The notes under the pieces: model-generated
The model's database searches: none
Told to the model about the DNA's origin: nothing
The model's input: only the letters and a program-made list of their open reading frames with translations
In this document: positions 43,209 to 53,047 of the stretch, one piece after another
How the letters are laid out: the number at the start of each line of letters is the position of its first letter
How positions within the stretch are numbered: position 1 is the stretch's first letter
Origin: an uncultured Candidatus Saccharibacteria bacterium
Lineage (GTDB): Bacteria > Patescibacteriota > Doudnabacteria > UBA920
NCBI GenBank assembly: GCA_964532425.1
Contig: CAZHIA010000003.1
Location: 201,748-265,747 of the forward strand
Length of the DNA stretch: 64,000 nt
Direction: 5' to 3'
Made by a program: the position numbers and the translations under genes

Positions 43209-45389
43209 TTCCTTTCCTTGTAAAAACCCTATTATCTGCTCCCGGTGCCTGCGATAAATAATGGATACGCCGACCAAAATAAACCCGAGGGCTATGAACG
43301 ATACAACTCTAAAGCTCAAGTCCAATACGAGGAGATCGTACAAAAAGACCTTCAGAATAGTCACGGCGAACAAGACGACGGCCAGTTTTTTAAGCAATGA
43401 GTTGTTGCGGAAGACTCCCCAGAACATCATCACCGCCGAATACACGATCCACCACAGGCTCAAGATGAGGTTGCGGGCATTTTTTGAATCAAAACCCCGG
43501 TAATGCTCCACAATCTCCCATGAGACAGCTAGCCACAACAACAAACTCGCTCCTACATTGAACACATCACTCAGCTGATTCTGACCCTCGCCGCGGCGGT
43601 AGATATACGCGGCAAACAGCAAGGCCGCAGCCTCAAGTACCATTAATTCGAATTTGGTATTCATCAAGAAAACCGGGTTAGCGTCATATGGCAGCACGAG
43701 AACGCGTACCAGGCTAAACACCAGTAAGATCGCGGCCGTAGCCATAAGCAGCTTTCGTTTGGCCAATGCGGCAATCAGGAGCAACAGCGCCGGATACAAC
43801 ACCCACCATAACGCCATCCACTGGCTGCGAGCCAAGTCAGTCGTCCCGACCAGGGCCGCGGCAATATCCCAGCTGACTCCCGCCCACAGGACCAGGATTG
43901 CAACAATCTCCATAGCATCCCGCGCCTTGTCTCCGGTTTGCGGGTCCGGATACCGGCTATAGAGCCAGCCAGCATACAAAAGCGCCAAGGTATCGGCAAA
44001 CATCAGACCGAATTTGGCATTGAACAGGAAAACGAGATCTTGTGACGTATACGGCTCCACGACGGATTTGAACAGCGCCAAGAACAGAATCACCACACTC
44101 CACATGCGGAGCTCTTCGCGCTTCAATAATGCGCCGATCGTAATACCAAACAACCCCAAAGCCAACCAAGCGAGAGCCAAGGCCTTCCCCTGCCATTCCC
44201 AACCGGCGGCACAGACCAGCATGACAGCTCCCACAATCGATAATCCGTAGTTCAGCATACGGTATTCCAGCCGGTCAACTAAGGCATAAGCAAACAGGAA
44301 CAGCACACCGCCGAGCAACGCCACCGGTGCAAGCAGCGAATGATAGTTCTCATTAAGAAGCAGCGCGATGGATATAAAATAGAACAAGCCGGACAGAGTC
44401 GCTACAATTGAAGCATCTTTTTCGAAATTTTTCGGAAGCACCCCCTGTGCGTGATGATACCTGGTCAAAAAACCGAGACCGAGCACGAATAGCACAGACG
44501 TGAAAATGATAAAGAACAGGCTCGGATAGGTATTGCCCGCATTCGAGTAAGCGGAACCCCAGACGGCAAAATCGAGCGTTGCCCCAACCAGGGCTAGCAG
44601 CATCAATTCCAGCCAATATTTTCTCGCCAGAACGACCAACACAGCAATGTTAAGCAGCGTAAGATAAATGAGCAGCGGCCCCTGCTGGTCATGACCGGTA
44701 GACAAAACGAGCGGTGACCCATAAGCCCCAAAAAATGCCAATGCCCCCAAAGCCAGAGAAGAATGCCGATATGCCAGCCAGACGGATAGCGCGGCAACAC
44801 CGAGCATAAGCACGAACGCCAGCGGCTGGGGCAGCAATCCATAAAAATGGAAGCCGGCATACAAAGTGAAATACAACAAGGCAATACCGCCTCCTGTAAT
44901 GGCTAGCGCGTAATTACCATACCGTTCCTTCCACAATTCTCCAAGATAGATCAGCAATCCGCCAACGGCCAATCCGAGCGCAATACGGACCCACTCATTG
45001 ATCCAGCCCATGTCAACGGCGATCTTATAAAAAAACGCAACGCCTAAAACCAGAGCAGCGACCCCGATCTTGTTGAGCCAAGAAATCGCGCGGTCCGTAT
45101 TCATCTCGCTGTGCCGTTCCTCAGGCCTGGCAGAGACAGGGGCTTGGAAGGTCCGTGCTTCCGGCTCGCGGTGCGACGGAAAAGGCGTATGATGAATTTC
45201 CGGCTGCTGCAGCGCGGCATTGTATTCGGCTTCGGTCGGCGGACGTGGCGCAGGGCGCGGCGGAGCGGACGCAAGTCCCTGGCTCCGCAGACGCGCTTCC
45301 AATTCATGTACGCGATTGTTGATACTGGCAATCCAAAAGATCAGAATAAGAACGACAACGAACAGTACGAATTCAATGAATCCGGACAT
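43203..45389 (-). CDS. DUF2339-like polytopic membrane protein
   Basis: 728 aa, >20 predicted TM helices in repeated blocks; stop codon overlaps right TIR. Confidence 0.55.
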   Translation of the reverse strand: MSGFIEFVLFVVVLILIFWIASINNRVHELEARLRSQGLASAPPRPAPRPPTEAEYNAALQQPEIHHTPFPSHREPEARTFQAPVSARPEERHSEMNTDRAISWLNKIGVAALVLGVAFFYKIAVDMGWINEWVRIALGLAVGGLLIYLGELWKERYGNYALAITGGGIALLYFTLYAGFHFYGLLPQPLAFVLMLGVAALSVWLAYRHSSLALGALAFFGAYGSPLVLSTGHDQQGPLLIYLTLLNIAVLVVLARKYWLELMLLALVGATLDFAVWGSAYSNAGNTYPSLFFIIFTSVLFVLGLGFLTRYHHAQGVLPKNFEKDASIVATLSGLFYFISIALLLNENYHSLLAPVALLGGVLFLFAYALVDRLEYRMLNYGLSIVGAVMLVCAAGWEWQGKALALAWLALGLFGITIGALLKREELRMWSVVILFLALFKSVVEPYTSQDLVFLFNAKFGLMFADTLALLYAGWLYSRYPDPQTGDKARDAMEIVAILVLWAGVSWDIAAALVGTTDLARSQWMALWWVLYPALLLLIAALAKRKLLMATAAILLVFSLVRVLVLPYDANPVFLMNTKFELMVLEAAALLFAAYIYRRGEGQNQLSDVFNVGASLLLWLAVSWEIVEHYRGFDSKNARNLILSLWWIVYSAVMMFWGVFRNNSLLKKLAVVLFAVTILKVFLYDLLVLDLSFRVVSFIALGFILVGVSIIYRRHREQIIGFLQGKET

Positions 45390-45399
45390 AAATTTCTTA

Positions 45400-45996
45400 T
45401 TATTGGTCTAGGTGGGCTATCGCACTGCCGGTCTTGTAAGAATTGAACTCTGTCTTGTTGACCGTGATAATCTGTTCCTCATCGATAGGTGCCTCGTCAA
45501 GCGCTGACTGAAGAAGCTGCTGCTTGACCCCATTCTCGATATCAACCTGGTAGATCTTGGAGTTCCCCTGTAATCGGATATATTGGGCGGTTAAGTAAAA
45601 ATCAAACTCATCTTGGGAAACGGTCTGCACTTCCTCATGCTTGTTGTGATATGACTTGAATACCGTTTCATTGAGCATGGGGAGTTTATAGTTGTGCTCG
45701 GAAACCCAATACACGGTCTGGTCACCCTCGAGCTGGATAAGTCGCGGGCCGTCAGGATACTGGCGGAAAGACAGCAAGCCGTCGCTGTTCACGAACGAAC
45801 TGCCATTGGTAAACCCGTTATTGTTCGGCGTGACATAGTTATACCAGTCAGAGGGCATCTGCAGGCCTCCCCCCTGCATCTGGAGCATGGGCACGGCCGA
45901 ATCGGTCGTAGACGCATTATCTGCCAACAAAGTCGCCGGCCCAACCAGGGCCAGTATAAAGACTATGGCAGCGGTGATGAAATGTTTACGGTTCAT
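45400..45996 (-). CDS. hypothetical secreted protein
   Basis: signal peptide MNRKHFITAAIVFILALVGPATLLA. Confidence 0.5.
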   Translation of the reverse strand: MNRKHFITAAIVFILALVGPATLLADNASTTDSAVPMLQMQGGGLQMPSDWYNYVTPNNNGFTNGSSFVNSDGLLSFRQYPDGPRLIQLEGDQTVYWVSEHNYKLPMLNETVFKSYHNKHEEVQTVSQDEFDFYLTAQYIRLQGNSKIYQVDIENGVKQQLLQSALDEAPIDEEQIITVNKTEFNSYKTGSAIAHLDQ

Positions 45997-46041
45997 ATAT
46001 TAATCTTTTAATCCTTAAATTTTTAAATTTTAAATTTGATA

Positions 46042-46893
46042 TTATTGATGCTCGCTGGTAATCCGGCCGCGCAGTGTTCGCAGCTCATTTAAAGCTAGGG
46101 CTGCCTGCTCCTTGTCAGGTGGAATGCCGTGCCATTCGTACCGGTATTCCATAAAATCAATGCCTTTACCTGGGATCGTGTGGGCAATAATCACCGTCGG
46201 CTTTTCATAGATCGCCTTAGCTTCCATACACGCATCGATCATCTCCTGAACGTTATGGCCATCGACTTCGAGCACGTGCCAATTGAATGCTTCATATTTC
46301 GCTTTCAGACTCTCAAGTGGCATAACATCTTCCGTAAAGCCGCTGATCTGGATATTATTGCGGTCAATAATCGCCGTGAGATTACTGAGCCGGTACTTGC
46401 CGGCGAACATGACAGCCTCCCAAGTTTGCCCTTCTTCCTGTTCACCATCGGACATAACCAAGTAGACCCGGCTGCGCGAACGGCTCATTCGCAGGGCCAA
46501 AGCCATGCCGCAGGCCTGGCTCGAACCTTGACCTAAAGGGCCGGATGAAGTTTCCACGCCTGGCAGTGCTAAGTTATGAGGGTGCCCCTGAAGCCTACTG
46601 CCAAGCTTGCGCAGACTCATAAGTTCCGCTTTAGGAAAATAGCCGGACTCCGCCAGAGTGGCATAGAGCACGGGTGCGAGATGTCCGCAGGACAGTACGA
46701 GCCGGTCGCGACCATCCCACGAAGGATTTGCCGGGTCATGATCGAGTACGCGGAAATATAAAGCTGCAAAGGCATCAGCCATATCCAAAGAACCAGCGCT
46801 ATGGCCGGACTGAGCCTCAAGCAGCATCTGGATGATATCCTGCCTGATATCGTTGGCTTTGTACTTGAGTTCGTTAATAGATAATTGTTGCAT
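46042..46893 (-). CDS. transketolase, N-terminal (TPP-binding) subunit
   Basis: GHSAGSLDMAD, GHLAPVLYA, GPLGQG TPP motifs. Confidence 0.85.
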   Translation of the reverse strand: MQQLSINELKYKANDIRQDIIQMLLEAQSGHSAGSLDMADAFAALYFRVLDHDPANPSWDGRDRLVLSCGHLAPVLYATLAESGYFPKAELMSLRKLGSRLQGHPHNLALPGVETSSGPLGQGSSQACGMALALRMSRSRSRVYLVMSDGEQEEGQTWEAVMFAGKYRLSNLTAIIDRNNIQISGFTEDVMPLESLKAKYEAFNWHVLEVDGHNVQEMIDACMEAKAIYEKPTVIIAHTIPGKGIDFMEYRYEWHGIPPDKEQAALALNELRTLRGRITSEHQ

Positions 46894-46937
46894 TTGGTAT
46901 CAATATCCCTCAAAATTGCGGGATGCCCTGAATGCTA

Positions 46938-47594
46938 TTAGGAAATATTGCCTTGGACCGCTGATTGCAACGAATCCAGCGCACTTTGCACATCTCCGGC
47001 TTTGACCAATGCGGACCCGATGACTACAAGGTCCGCCCCGGCATCAATTACAGCTTTGATATTTGTTTCATTTATGCCGCCATCTACTTCAATTATAGCA
47101 TTCGGACACATTTTTCTCAATTCCGCAACACGTTTGGGGGTGCTTGGAATAAAACTCCCGCCCTGAAAACCCGGTTCAACACTTAACAACAAAAAGTGGT
47201 TTGTGAGCCCTTCAAACGCCTTCAGCACGGAAACATGGGTTTGAGGGCATAGAGCCACCCCGGATTCAAGACCTTCGGCTCTGATCGCATCAAGCGCTTT
47301 AATGATGCCTGCCAGCCCGGAAAACGCCTCATAGTGAATAATGATCGAAGTAAAGCCAGGTATCTGGTAATCCAGAAAGTCAGATGGCTCCCAAACCATA
47401 AGATGGGCTTCCCAAAGGAACGCCGGGTTCAAACTATCCATCTCAACGACCGGCAGTGTCTGGTGGGATACAAACTTTCCGTCGCCAAAATCCACCTGGA
47501 TACGCTCAATTCCGGGCAGCTTGGTAACTCGCGCCACTTTGTCGAGAAACCCAGATTCGTTCTCTTCTAAAATTGCCGGGACGATAACGCTCAT
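46938..47594 (-). CDS. rpe: ribulose-phosphate 3-epimerase
   Basis: PSILSAD-like start context, HLMV, VDGGIN motifs. Confidence 0.9.
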   Translation of the reverse strand: MSVIVPAILEENESGFLDKVARVTKLPGIERIQVDFGDGKFVSHQTLPVVEMDSLNPAFLWEAHLMVWEPSDFLDYQIPGFTSIIIHYEAFSGLAGIIKALDAIRAEGLESGVALCPQTHVSVLKAFEGLTNHFLLLSVEPGFQGGSFIPSTPKRVAELRKMCPNAIIEVDGGINETNIKAVIDAGADLVVIGSALVKAGDVQSALDSLQSAVQGNIS

Positions 47595-47601
47595 AAAATG
47601 C

Positions 47602-48057
47602 TCATACCAGATTAGTTCGTTCTATGCTTTCTATCTCCCTAATTCGGCGCTTGTGGCGTTCCTCGGTGCCAAATGGAGTCTGTAAAAATGCTTTGACGAT
47701 CTTTCTTGCCTCAACCACGGTGATGAAGTCGGCTGGCAGGCTCAGTACATTCGCAAAATCATCATGACGACTCGCCTTGGCTTCTTTGATATTCCAAACC
47801 AGAGCCGACCGCACGCCCCTGAATTTATTAGCTACGATAGAAACCCCTTGGCCACTGCGGCAAATCAACAGTCCCATATTAGTCTTCGGCTGCTTTGCAA
47901 CTTCAGTCGCAACCTTGGTAGCATAGGGAGGATAATCATCACTCTTGTCTAATTTCTCCGGACCCAAATCCACATACTCTATCCCCTGCTTCACAAAAAA
48001 TTTCTTCAATTCTTCCTTAAGTTTATAGCCTCCGTGGTCAGATGCGATAAATAACAT
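47602..48057 (-). CDS. rpiB: ribose-5-phosphate isomerase B
   Basis: MLFIASDHGGYKLKEEL ... LICRSGQGVSIVANK. Confidence 0.9.
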   Translation of the reverse strand: MLFIASDHGGYKLKEELKKFFVKQGIEYVDLGPEKLDKSDDYPPYATKVATEVAKQPKTNMGLLICRSGQGVSIVANKFRGVRSALVWNIKEAKASRHDDFANVLSLPADFITVVEARKIVKAFLQTPFGTEERHKRRIREIESIERTNLV

Positions 48058-48158
48058 AATCCTAATGCTCCGAATTGGTATCCGTATGCCCCGAATGGAC
48101 CCATTCGATTCGGGTCATTCGGATTGCAAGCATTCGGATAATTCGGATTATATTTACA
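48055..48158. mobile_element. ~100-bp MITE-like derivative (R1-B) of the GxxExxY cassette; terminus overlaps rpiB start codon
   Basis: CATAATCCTAATGCTCCGAAT...GCCCCGAATGGACCCATTCGATT...CATTCGGATTGCAAGCATTCGGATAATTCGGATTATAT. Confidence 0.6.
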
Positions 48159-48864
48159 TGTTAATTATTTGATTAAAATGCTTCGGAATGAGGCTGTCTG
48201 CGCCAACCAGCAAGCCGTCGACGTGCGGCTGTTCCAAATACGGCTTGGCATTGAAGACATTGACGCTGCCGCCGTAGAGCACGGTTTTTACATTGTAACG
48301 AGTCTTGATGTAAAGAGAGATCTTTTCCGCATGGTCCGGGGTCGGTACTTTTTTGGTCAAGTACGGGTCACCGCTCGAGATGGCCCAAACAGGTTCGTAT
48401 GCCACCACGACCTTGGACGGATCAATACCGCGCAAATCCAGTTCCAGCTGGCCTTTCAGGACATCTACCACGGCTAAATCATCTTCCTCAGCTGTCGTTC
48501 CATAACCAACACAGAGAATGGGAGTGATTTTGTGTTCAACCAGGGTCCTGAGCTTAAAATTGACCTGGTCATCCGTTTCCCCAGTCCCACGCTTCTCACT
48601 ATGGCCGATGATGCAATATTTGATTTTGAGTGCCTTGAGCTGCACCGGCGAGATCTGGCCAGTGAACGCGCCGCGTTCTTCCCAAAAGCAGTCCTGGCTG
48701 CCTATATTGGGGAAATCTACCAATCCCATAAAAGCCGGCGGCGGACAGATGACCACCTTGCTGTTCGCTTCGCGCGAAATCTTGGCAGCCAGCCTGACTG
48801 CCTCTTTCGGAGTCGCCGGATTTAGTTTCCAGTTGGCTACGATCAATTTTTGAGGGAGTTTCAT
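48154..48864 (-). CDS. tpiA: triosephosphate isomerase
   Basis: VANWKLN, IGHSE(K)R, YGGSV motifs. Confidence 0.9.
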   Translation of the reverse strand: MKLPQKLIVANWKLNPATPKEAVRLAAKISREANSKVVICPPPAFMGLVDFPNIGSQDCFWEERGAFTGQISPVQLKALKIKYCIIGHSEKRGTGETDDQVNFKLRTLVEHKITPILCVGYGTTAEEDDLAVVDVLKGQLELDLRGIDPSKVVVAYEPVWAISSGDPYLTKKVPTPDHAEKISLYIKTRYNVKTVLYGGSVNVFNAKPYLEQPHVDGLLVGADSLIPKHFNQIINM

Positions 48865-48865
48865 A

Positions 48866-49291
48866 TCAGGTAAGTTTAGCGTTATTGTTCGAAAGCCGTT
48901 CTATTTCACGAAGTAGCAAGTCTTTTTGCTTTTGCACTTGCCGGGTGGCTGTCCATAAGAACAAATCGCCGAGGGTAAAATATAAAACGGTCTCGATGGG
49001 ACGCTCGACGTTGGCATGTGTGAGCCGGTCCAGGAACAAGCTGGCGATTGCCACCATAACCCCCGCCAGTCCGAATATCCAGCACAACCCTTCCTTTGCC
49101 TCATCCGGCATCCACCGGGCAAACCCGAAACACGCAAGCCCGGCCGCGAGGTGAATAAGGTTTTGTTCGTCATCCAGCCACCACAGGTTGTGTAACGCGC
49201 TTTCATCGGCCGTTGGGCCGAGCACGCCAAAGAAACCCAGCGCCGCAAGGATCAGGAGGAACAAGCCCATGCCAAGTAAAAATTTTTTCAT
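48866..49291 (-). CDS. hypothetical membrane protein
   Basis: 141 aa, four TM helices. Confidence 0.45.
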   Translation of the reverse strand: MKKFLLGMGLFLLILAALGFFGVLGPTADESALHNLWWLDDEQNLIHLAAGLACFGFARWMPDEAKEGLCWIFGLAGVMVAIASLFLDRLTHANVERPIETVLYFTLGDLFLWTATRQVQKQKDLLLREIERLSNNNAKLT

Positions 49292-49319
49292 ATGGCTGTA
49301 TGCATATTACGACCCGGGA

Positions 49320-50318
49320 TCAGGAAAGATCGCCTCTCAAAAACTTTGCTGTTTCTTCCGGCGGCATGGGATTGACCGGTATGCCGGTCGCATACTCAAA
49401 GCCGGCCCAAATAGTGATCCGCGGGAAAATAGTCAGGTGCCAGTGGTACGACTTCTCTTCGTGTTCTTGCTGCACATTTCCCCGGTCGATCGGCATGGTA
49501 TGAATGTAGAAATTCAGCGGCGGATCGGACAATTTCGTGTAAAGTTGCCCGAGCGTAACCTTCAGAACGAACGACAAATGATGAATCTCTTCCGAAGTCA
49601 ACTCTTCAAACCGGGCACAATGCCTTTTGGGCAGGATCCATGTTTCGAAGGGACTGCGGCTAGCATATGCGGAAATAACCACAAAATGCTCGCTTTCAAA
49701 GACCACACGGTCGTGGACAGTGAGCTCCTCTTTAATGATATCACAATACGCGCAGGCCCGGTGATTTTGGTAGTAGTGATAGCACCCCATGATCTCCCCA
49801 TGTATATGGGGAGGGACGATGGGAGTGGCGATAAGCTGGTAGTGAGGATGAACAATGGAGGCACCCGCATCGCGCCCGTGATTATGGAAGACCTGTACAT
49901 ACGCCAGTTCGGGATGATTTGTTAATCGCTGCATCCGCTCGATAAAAGTCTTCAAAGTCAACTCGACGACCCCGATTGACTGCAGGGCTACAGGCTCGTT
50001 GTGCTTGCGCGTGATAATCACCTCATGATCGCCGTCGCCGGAATGCGAAACGTAAAATTCGCGGTGGCGGTACGCCGCGGTATGTTCAAGCGCCTGGAAT
50101 TTATTCGGAATCACCCGAATTTCCCAGTTTTTACCGTTGGGTATGCGCTCTACTTCTTTGTTCAGGTGCTCGTTACCGGGACAAAATACGCATTTTTCAT
50201 CGACTTCCGGTATCCCGGTCATGACACTGTACGTTGCATACTGGTCTGGCCGCTTGGCCCGGTTCGGGGCAATCAAGACCCACTGTTTTGTAATTGGATT
50301 TTGCCGAAACTCGCTCAT
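49320..50318 (-). CDS. galactose-1-phosphate uridylyltransferase-like (GalT/HIT family)
   Basis: CVFCPG zinc site; HPHYQLIA (HxHxQ) motif; start moved to MSEFRQNP. Confidence 0.7.
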   Translation of the reverse strand: MSEFRQNPITKQWVLIAPNRAKRPDQYATYSVMTGIPEVDEKCVFCPGNEHLNKEVERIPNGKNWEIRVIPNKFQALEHTAAYRHREFYVSHSGDGDHEVIITRKHNEPVALQSIGVVELTLKTFIERMQRLTNHPELAYVQVFHNHGRDAGASIVHPHYQLIATPIVPPHIHGEIMGCYHYYQNHRACAYCDIIKEELTVHDRVVFESEHFVVISAYASRSPFETWILPKRHCARFEELTSEEIHHLSFVLKVTLGQLYTKLSDPPLNFYIHTMPIDRGNVQQEHEEKSYHWHLTIFPRITIWAGFEYATGIPVNPMPPEETAKFLRGDLS

Positions 50319-50545
50319 AATTTTATAGAGTGTAGGTCCGCCGAAGCTTTCTGATAAAAGGCAGCTCACACACTCTGGAATTAAATATTTATTTTAGAAA
50401 AATATTACAAGCACCGAAAGCGAAGGCGGAACGGAATTCAGACATTTATTTTCTTATAGTATGGAGATCCGCCGAAGCTTCAGCGAAGGCGGGACGGAAC
50501 TCATTTATGTTGTTATTGAGCAAAAATCCTCCAAGGTTCTCTGGC

Positions 50546-51121
50546 CTATACGCTGCCTGCCGGTTGCAGAATACCCATTTTGATTTTTACGGCATACCAT
50601 ATGCCAAAGGCCATACCGCACTGCCACAGGATGTAAAGGAGAATAAACGGAAAAATACTGCGAATGCCACTCGTGTCTTGAAGCTCGAACGCCCCGACCA
50701 TCCCAAGCAAGCCGCCGCACAGGCCTAAAATCAACACCCATTGCCAACTGTAGACCCGATATAACGCATTGACCGTGGCCAATAACAGAAGAGCTCCGAT
50801 TAAGCCGCCCGCGAAAAATGAAGCCCACGGCTGCCGCTCACACGAACCAAAAACTATGCCGCAATTACTGTCGAGCCAGCCAAAAGCATAGATGGTCGAC
50901 CAGACCGCAGCCATATAAAAACCAGCTGAGGCCAGCAGGAGCACCACCCGTTTCCACAATCGGGCATCACCAACACCCATACGAGAGAACATTACCATGA
51001 GCACAAGCGAAAAGAGTATCCCGGGTATGGGATTAAACAACAACATCCCATCTGTAACCAGGTTACTTGCCGATGACAGAACCGCCGAGACCACGCTCCC
51101 TGCTAAAATTAGTAGTGCCAT
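50546..51121 (-). CDS. hypothetical membrane protein
   Basis: 191 aa, 5-6 TM helices. Confidence 0.45.
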   Translation of the reverse strand: MALLILAGSVVSAVLSSASNLVTDGMLLFNPIPGILFSLVLMVMFSRMGVGDARLWKRVVLLLASAGFYMAAVWSTIYAFGWLDSNCGIVFGSCERQPWASFFAGGLIGALLLLATVNALYRVYSWQWVLILGLCGGLLGMVGAFELQDTSGIRSIFPFILLYILWQCGMAFGIWYAVKIKMGILQPAGSV

Positions 51122-51128
51122 ATTTGAT

Positions 51129-51515
51129 TTAATAAAGGCTTTTTATTTTATCGAGATAATTTTGTAGTAAAATCTGAGCGGCTAAACTATCTACATCCTT
51201 TTTCCCGCCCGGCAATTTAGCTGCCATGACGCTCGATAACCGCTCATCGATGGTTCTCACCGGCAACCCCGTCTCGCTTTCTAGATTTACCTTGAAACTT
51301 TTTACTTCTTCCGTCTTTTTTGTCTCTTCACCGTCCATGTTCAGGGGCCAGCCCAGCACAATCTCCCCAACCTCTTCGTCCGCAATGAGCAACCTGATTT
51401 TTTCCCAAAACTCTTTTGGTGACAGAATTCCGAGCTCGCGGGCAAACGTCTGCGATTCATCGCTGATCGCTAACCCTATCCTCTTTTCACCGTAATCAAT
51501 TCCTAGGATCTTCAT
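51129..51515 (-). CDS. ruvX: pre-16S rRNA nuclease / Holliday-junction resolvase-like YqgF (RuvX)
   Basis: MKILGIDYGEKRIGLAISD RNase H-fold start. Confidence 0.85.
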   Translation of the reverse strand: MKILGIDYGEKRIGLAISDESQTFARELGILSPKEFWEKIRLLIADEEVGEIVLGWPLNMDGEETKKTEEVKSFKVNLESETGLPVRTIDERLSSVMAAKLPGGKKDVDSLAAQILLQNYLDKIKSLY

Positions 51516-51593
51516 GACATTTAACCTTTGACATATGACATTTGACCTGCTGCAATGTATGTTAAATGTTAATGGTCAAATGTTAAATGTTGC
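51514..51593. repeat. MITE-like element, TTTGACATTTGACC family copy 3
   Basis: ACATTTAACCTTTGACATATGACATTTGACC ... TTAAATGTTAATGGTCAAATGTTAAATGTT. Confidence 0.6.
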
Positions 51594-51594
51594 T

Positions 51595-52893
51595 TTATTT
51601 CGTTTCCCCCAACGTCACTTGCACCGTCTTTTCACTGCCTTTATCATACACCTTCATAGTCACCGTATCACCGGCATTGGAGGAACCCAGTGCGTCTGTT
51701 AACGTATGGTTTTCATTAATCTGCTGCCCATTCACCTCTTCGATAATGTCATTTTCCACCAGCCCTGCCTTGTCAGCCGGGCTCCCCGGAATCACCGCAA
51801 ACTCGTTGGCGTTCTGGCCGCGTATGACCAGCGCACCGTAGTTTTTCGGCAGTTTTTCCTGCTGGGCAACATCGGCAGTAATAATCACGTACCGGACACC
51901 CAGATACGGTCTCGTAATCTTTCCGCTTTTCTGGAAACTGGTCACTGCCTTGCTGGCTGCATTGGATGGGATGGCAAAGCCGACAAGCTGGCCCTGTTGG
52001 TCAACTGCCGTATTGATGCCAATCACTTGTCCTACAACGTTCAAAAGCGGCCCGCCAGAGTTGCCGGGGTTAATAGCCGCATCCGTCTGGATGACTCCCG
52101 AGAGTTCCTCGCTGCCGGTCTCCCCGCCTGCCGTAATGCGCCGCCCGATGCCTGACACAATACCGGTCGTGACCGTATTTTGGTATTGTCCCAGACTGTT
52201 GCCGATGGCAATAACGCGCTGGCCAACCTGCAGTTGCGAAGAGTCCGCCAAAGACAGCTTCGGGGCGTTTTGAATATTAACTTTTACGATGGCCAAGTCG
52301 TTCACCGGGTCCCGCGACAAAACCTGGGCATCGTATTTTTTCCCGTCCGAGGTCAATACCGTATAGCTCGCCTGAGTATCTTCAACTACATGCTTGTTAG
52401 TCAAAATCAAACCATCGCTACTGATGAAAAAACCGGTACCCGCGCCGACTTGCTGGACATTGGGTGACGTAGGAGCAGCAGGCTGCTGGCCACCGCCATT
52501 ATTGAAGAAAAAATTGAAAAAGGGGTCATTTTCGAAAGGATTAATCCCATACCCCGGGATCTTGCTCAAATCCTTGGAAATAACAATAGAGACCACGGCC
52601 GGACTGGTTTTTTTGACAACATCGATGACCGCGGAATCCTCTGTCAGTGATACGGATTGCTGGAGAGAGGCATTACCGCTTTGACTGCCGAGGGCCCGGT
52701 CTATGCCGGGAATCTTAAGGCCGTACCACACGCCGAACACGCCGCCTGCCGCGCCTGCCATCATACTGACCACAATGGTCAGTATCAGCGTACTAACGCT
52801 GAGTGATGGCCCTTTGCGCTCATGCGACTGAGCAACGGAAGGTATTTGCTGAATAGGGTTTGTGTTGATAGGTTCCATAAAATGTAAGATCAA
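51595..52893 (-). CDS. htrA: HtrA/DegP-family serine protease with PDZ domain
   Basis: TM anchor; GSGFFIS..LILTNKHVV, DLAIVKV, GNSGGPLLN; C-terminal PDZ. Confidence 0.85.
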   Translation of the reverse strand: MILHFMEPINTNPIQQIPSVAQSHERKGPSLSVSTLILTIVVSMMAGAAGGVFGVWYGLKIPGIDRALGSQSGNASLQQSVSLTEDSAVIDVVKKTSPAVVSIVISKDLSKIPGYGINPFENDPFFNFFFNNGGGQQPAAPTSPNVQQVGAGTGFFISSDGLILTNKHVVEDTQASYTVLTSDGKKYDAQVLSRDPVNDLAIVKVNIQNAPKLSLADSSQLQVGQRVIAIGNSLGQYQNTVTTGIVSGIGRRITAGGETGSEELSGVIQTDAAINPGNSGGPLLNVVGQVIGINTAVDQQGQLVGFAIPSNAASKAVTSFQKSGKITRPYLGVRYVIITADVAQQEKLPKNYGALVIRGQNANEFAVIPGSPADKAGLVENDIIEEVNGQQINENHTLTDALGSSNAGDTVTMKVYDKGSEKTVQVTLGETK

Positions 52894-53047
52894 TTACCGA
52901 GCTCGGCACCACCCAAGCGCACGCGCTAAAAACCTGGTTGTTCTATCAAAATAAGGCTTATTATACGGGAGGGCACCTGAATAAATTATACCATATTATC
53001 CATAACGAAACCGGCCGCCAAAACTGGCGGCCGGTTGTACGGGAGTA

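Noticed and set aside
21070-51600. CRISPR array interpretation of the many short repeats
   Set aside because: Repeats are palindromic singletons or inverted pairs at scattered intergenic sites, not regularly spaced direct repeats with unique spacers; no cas genes in the window.
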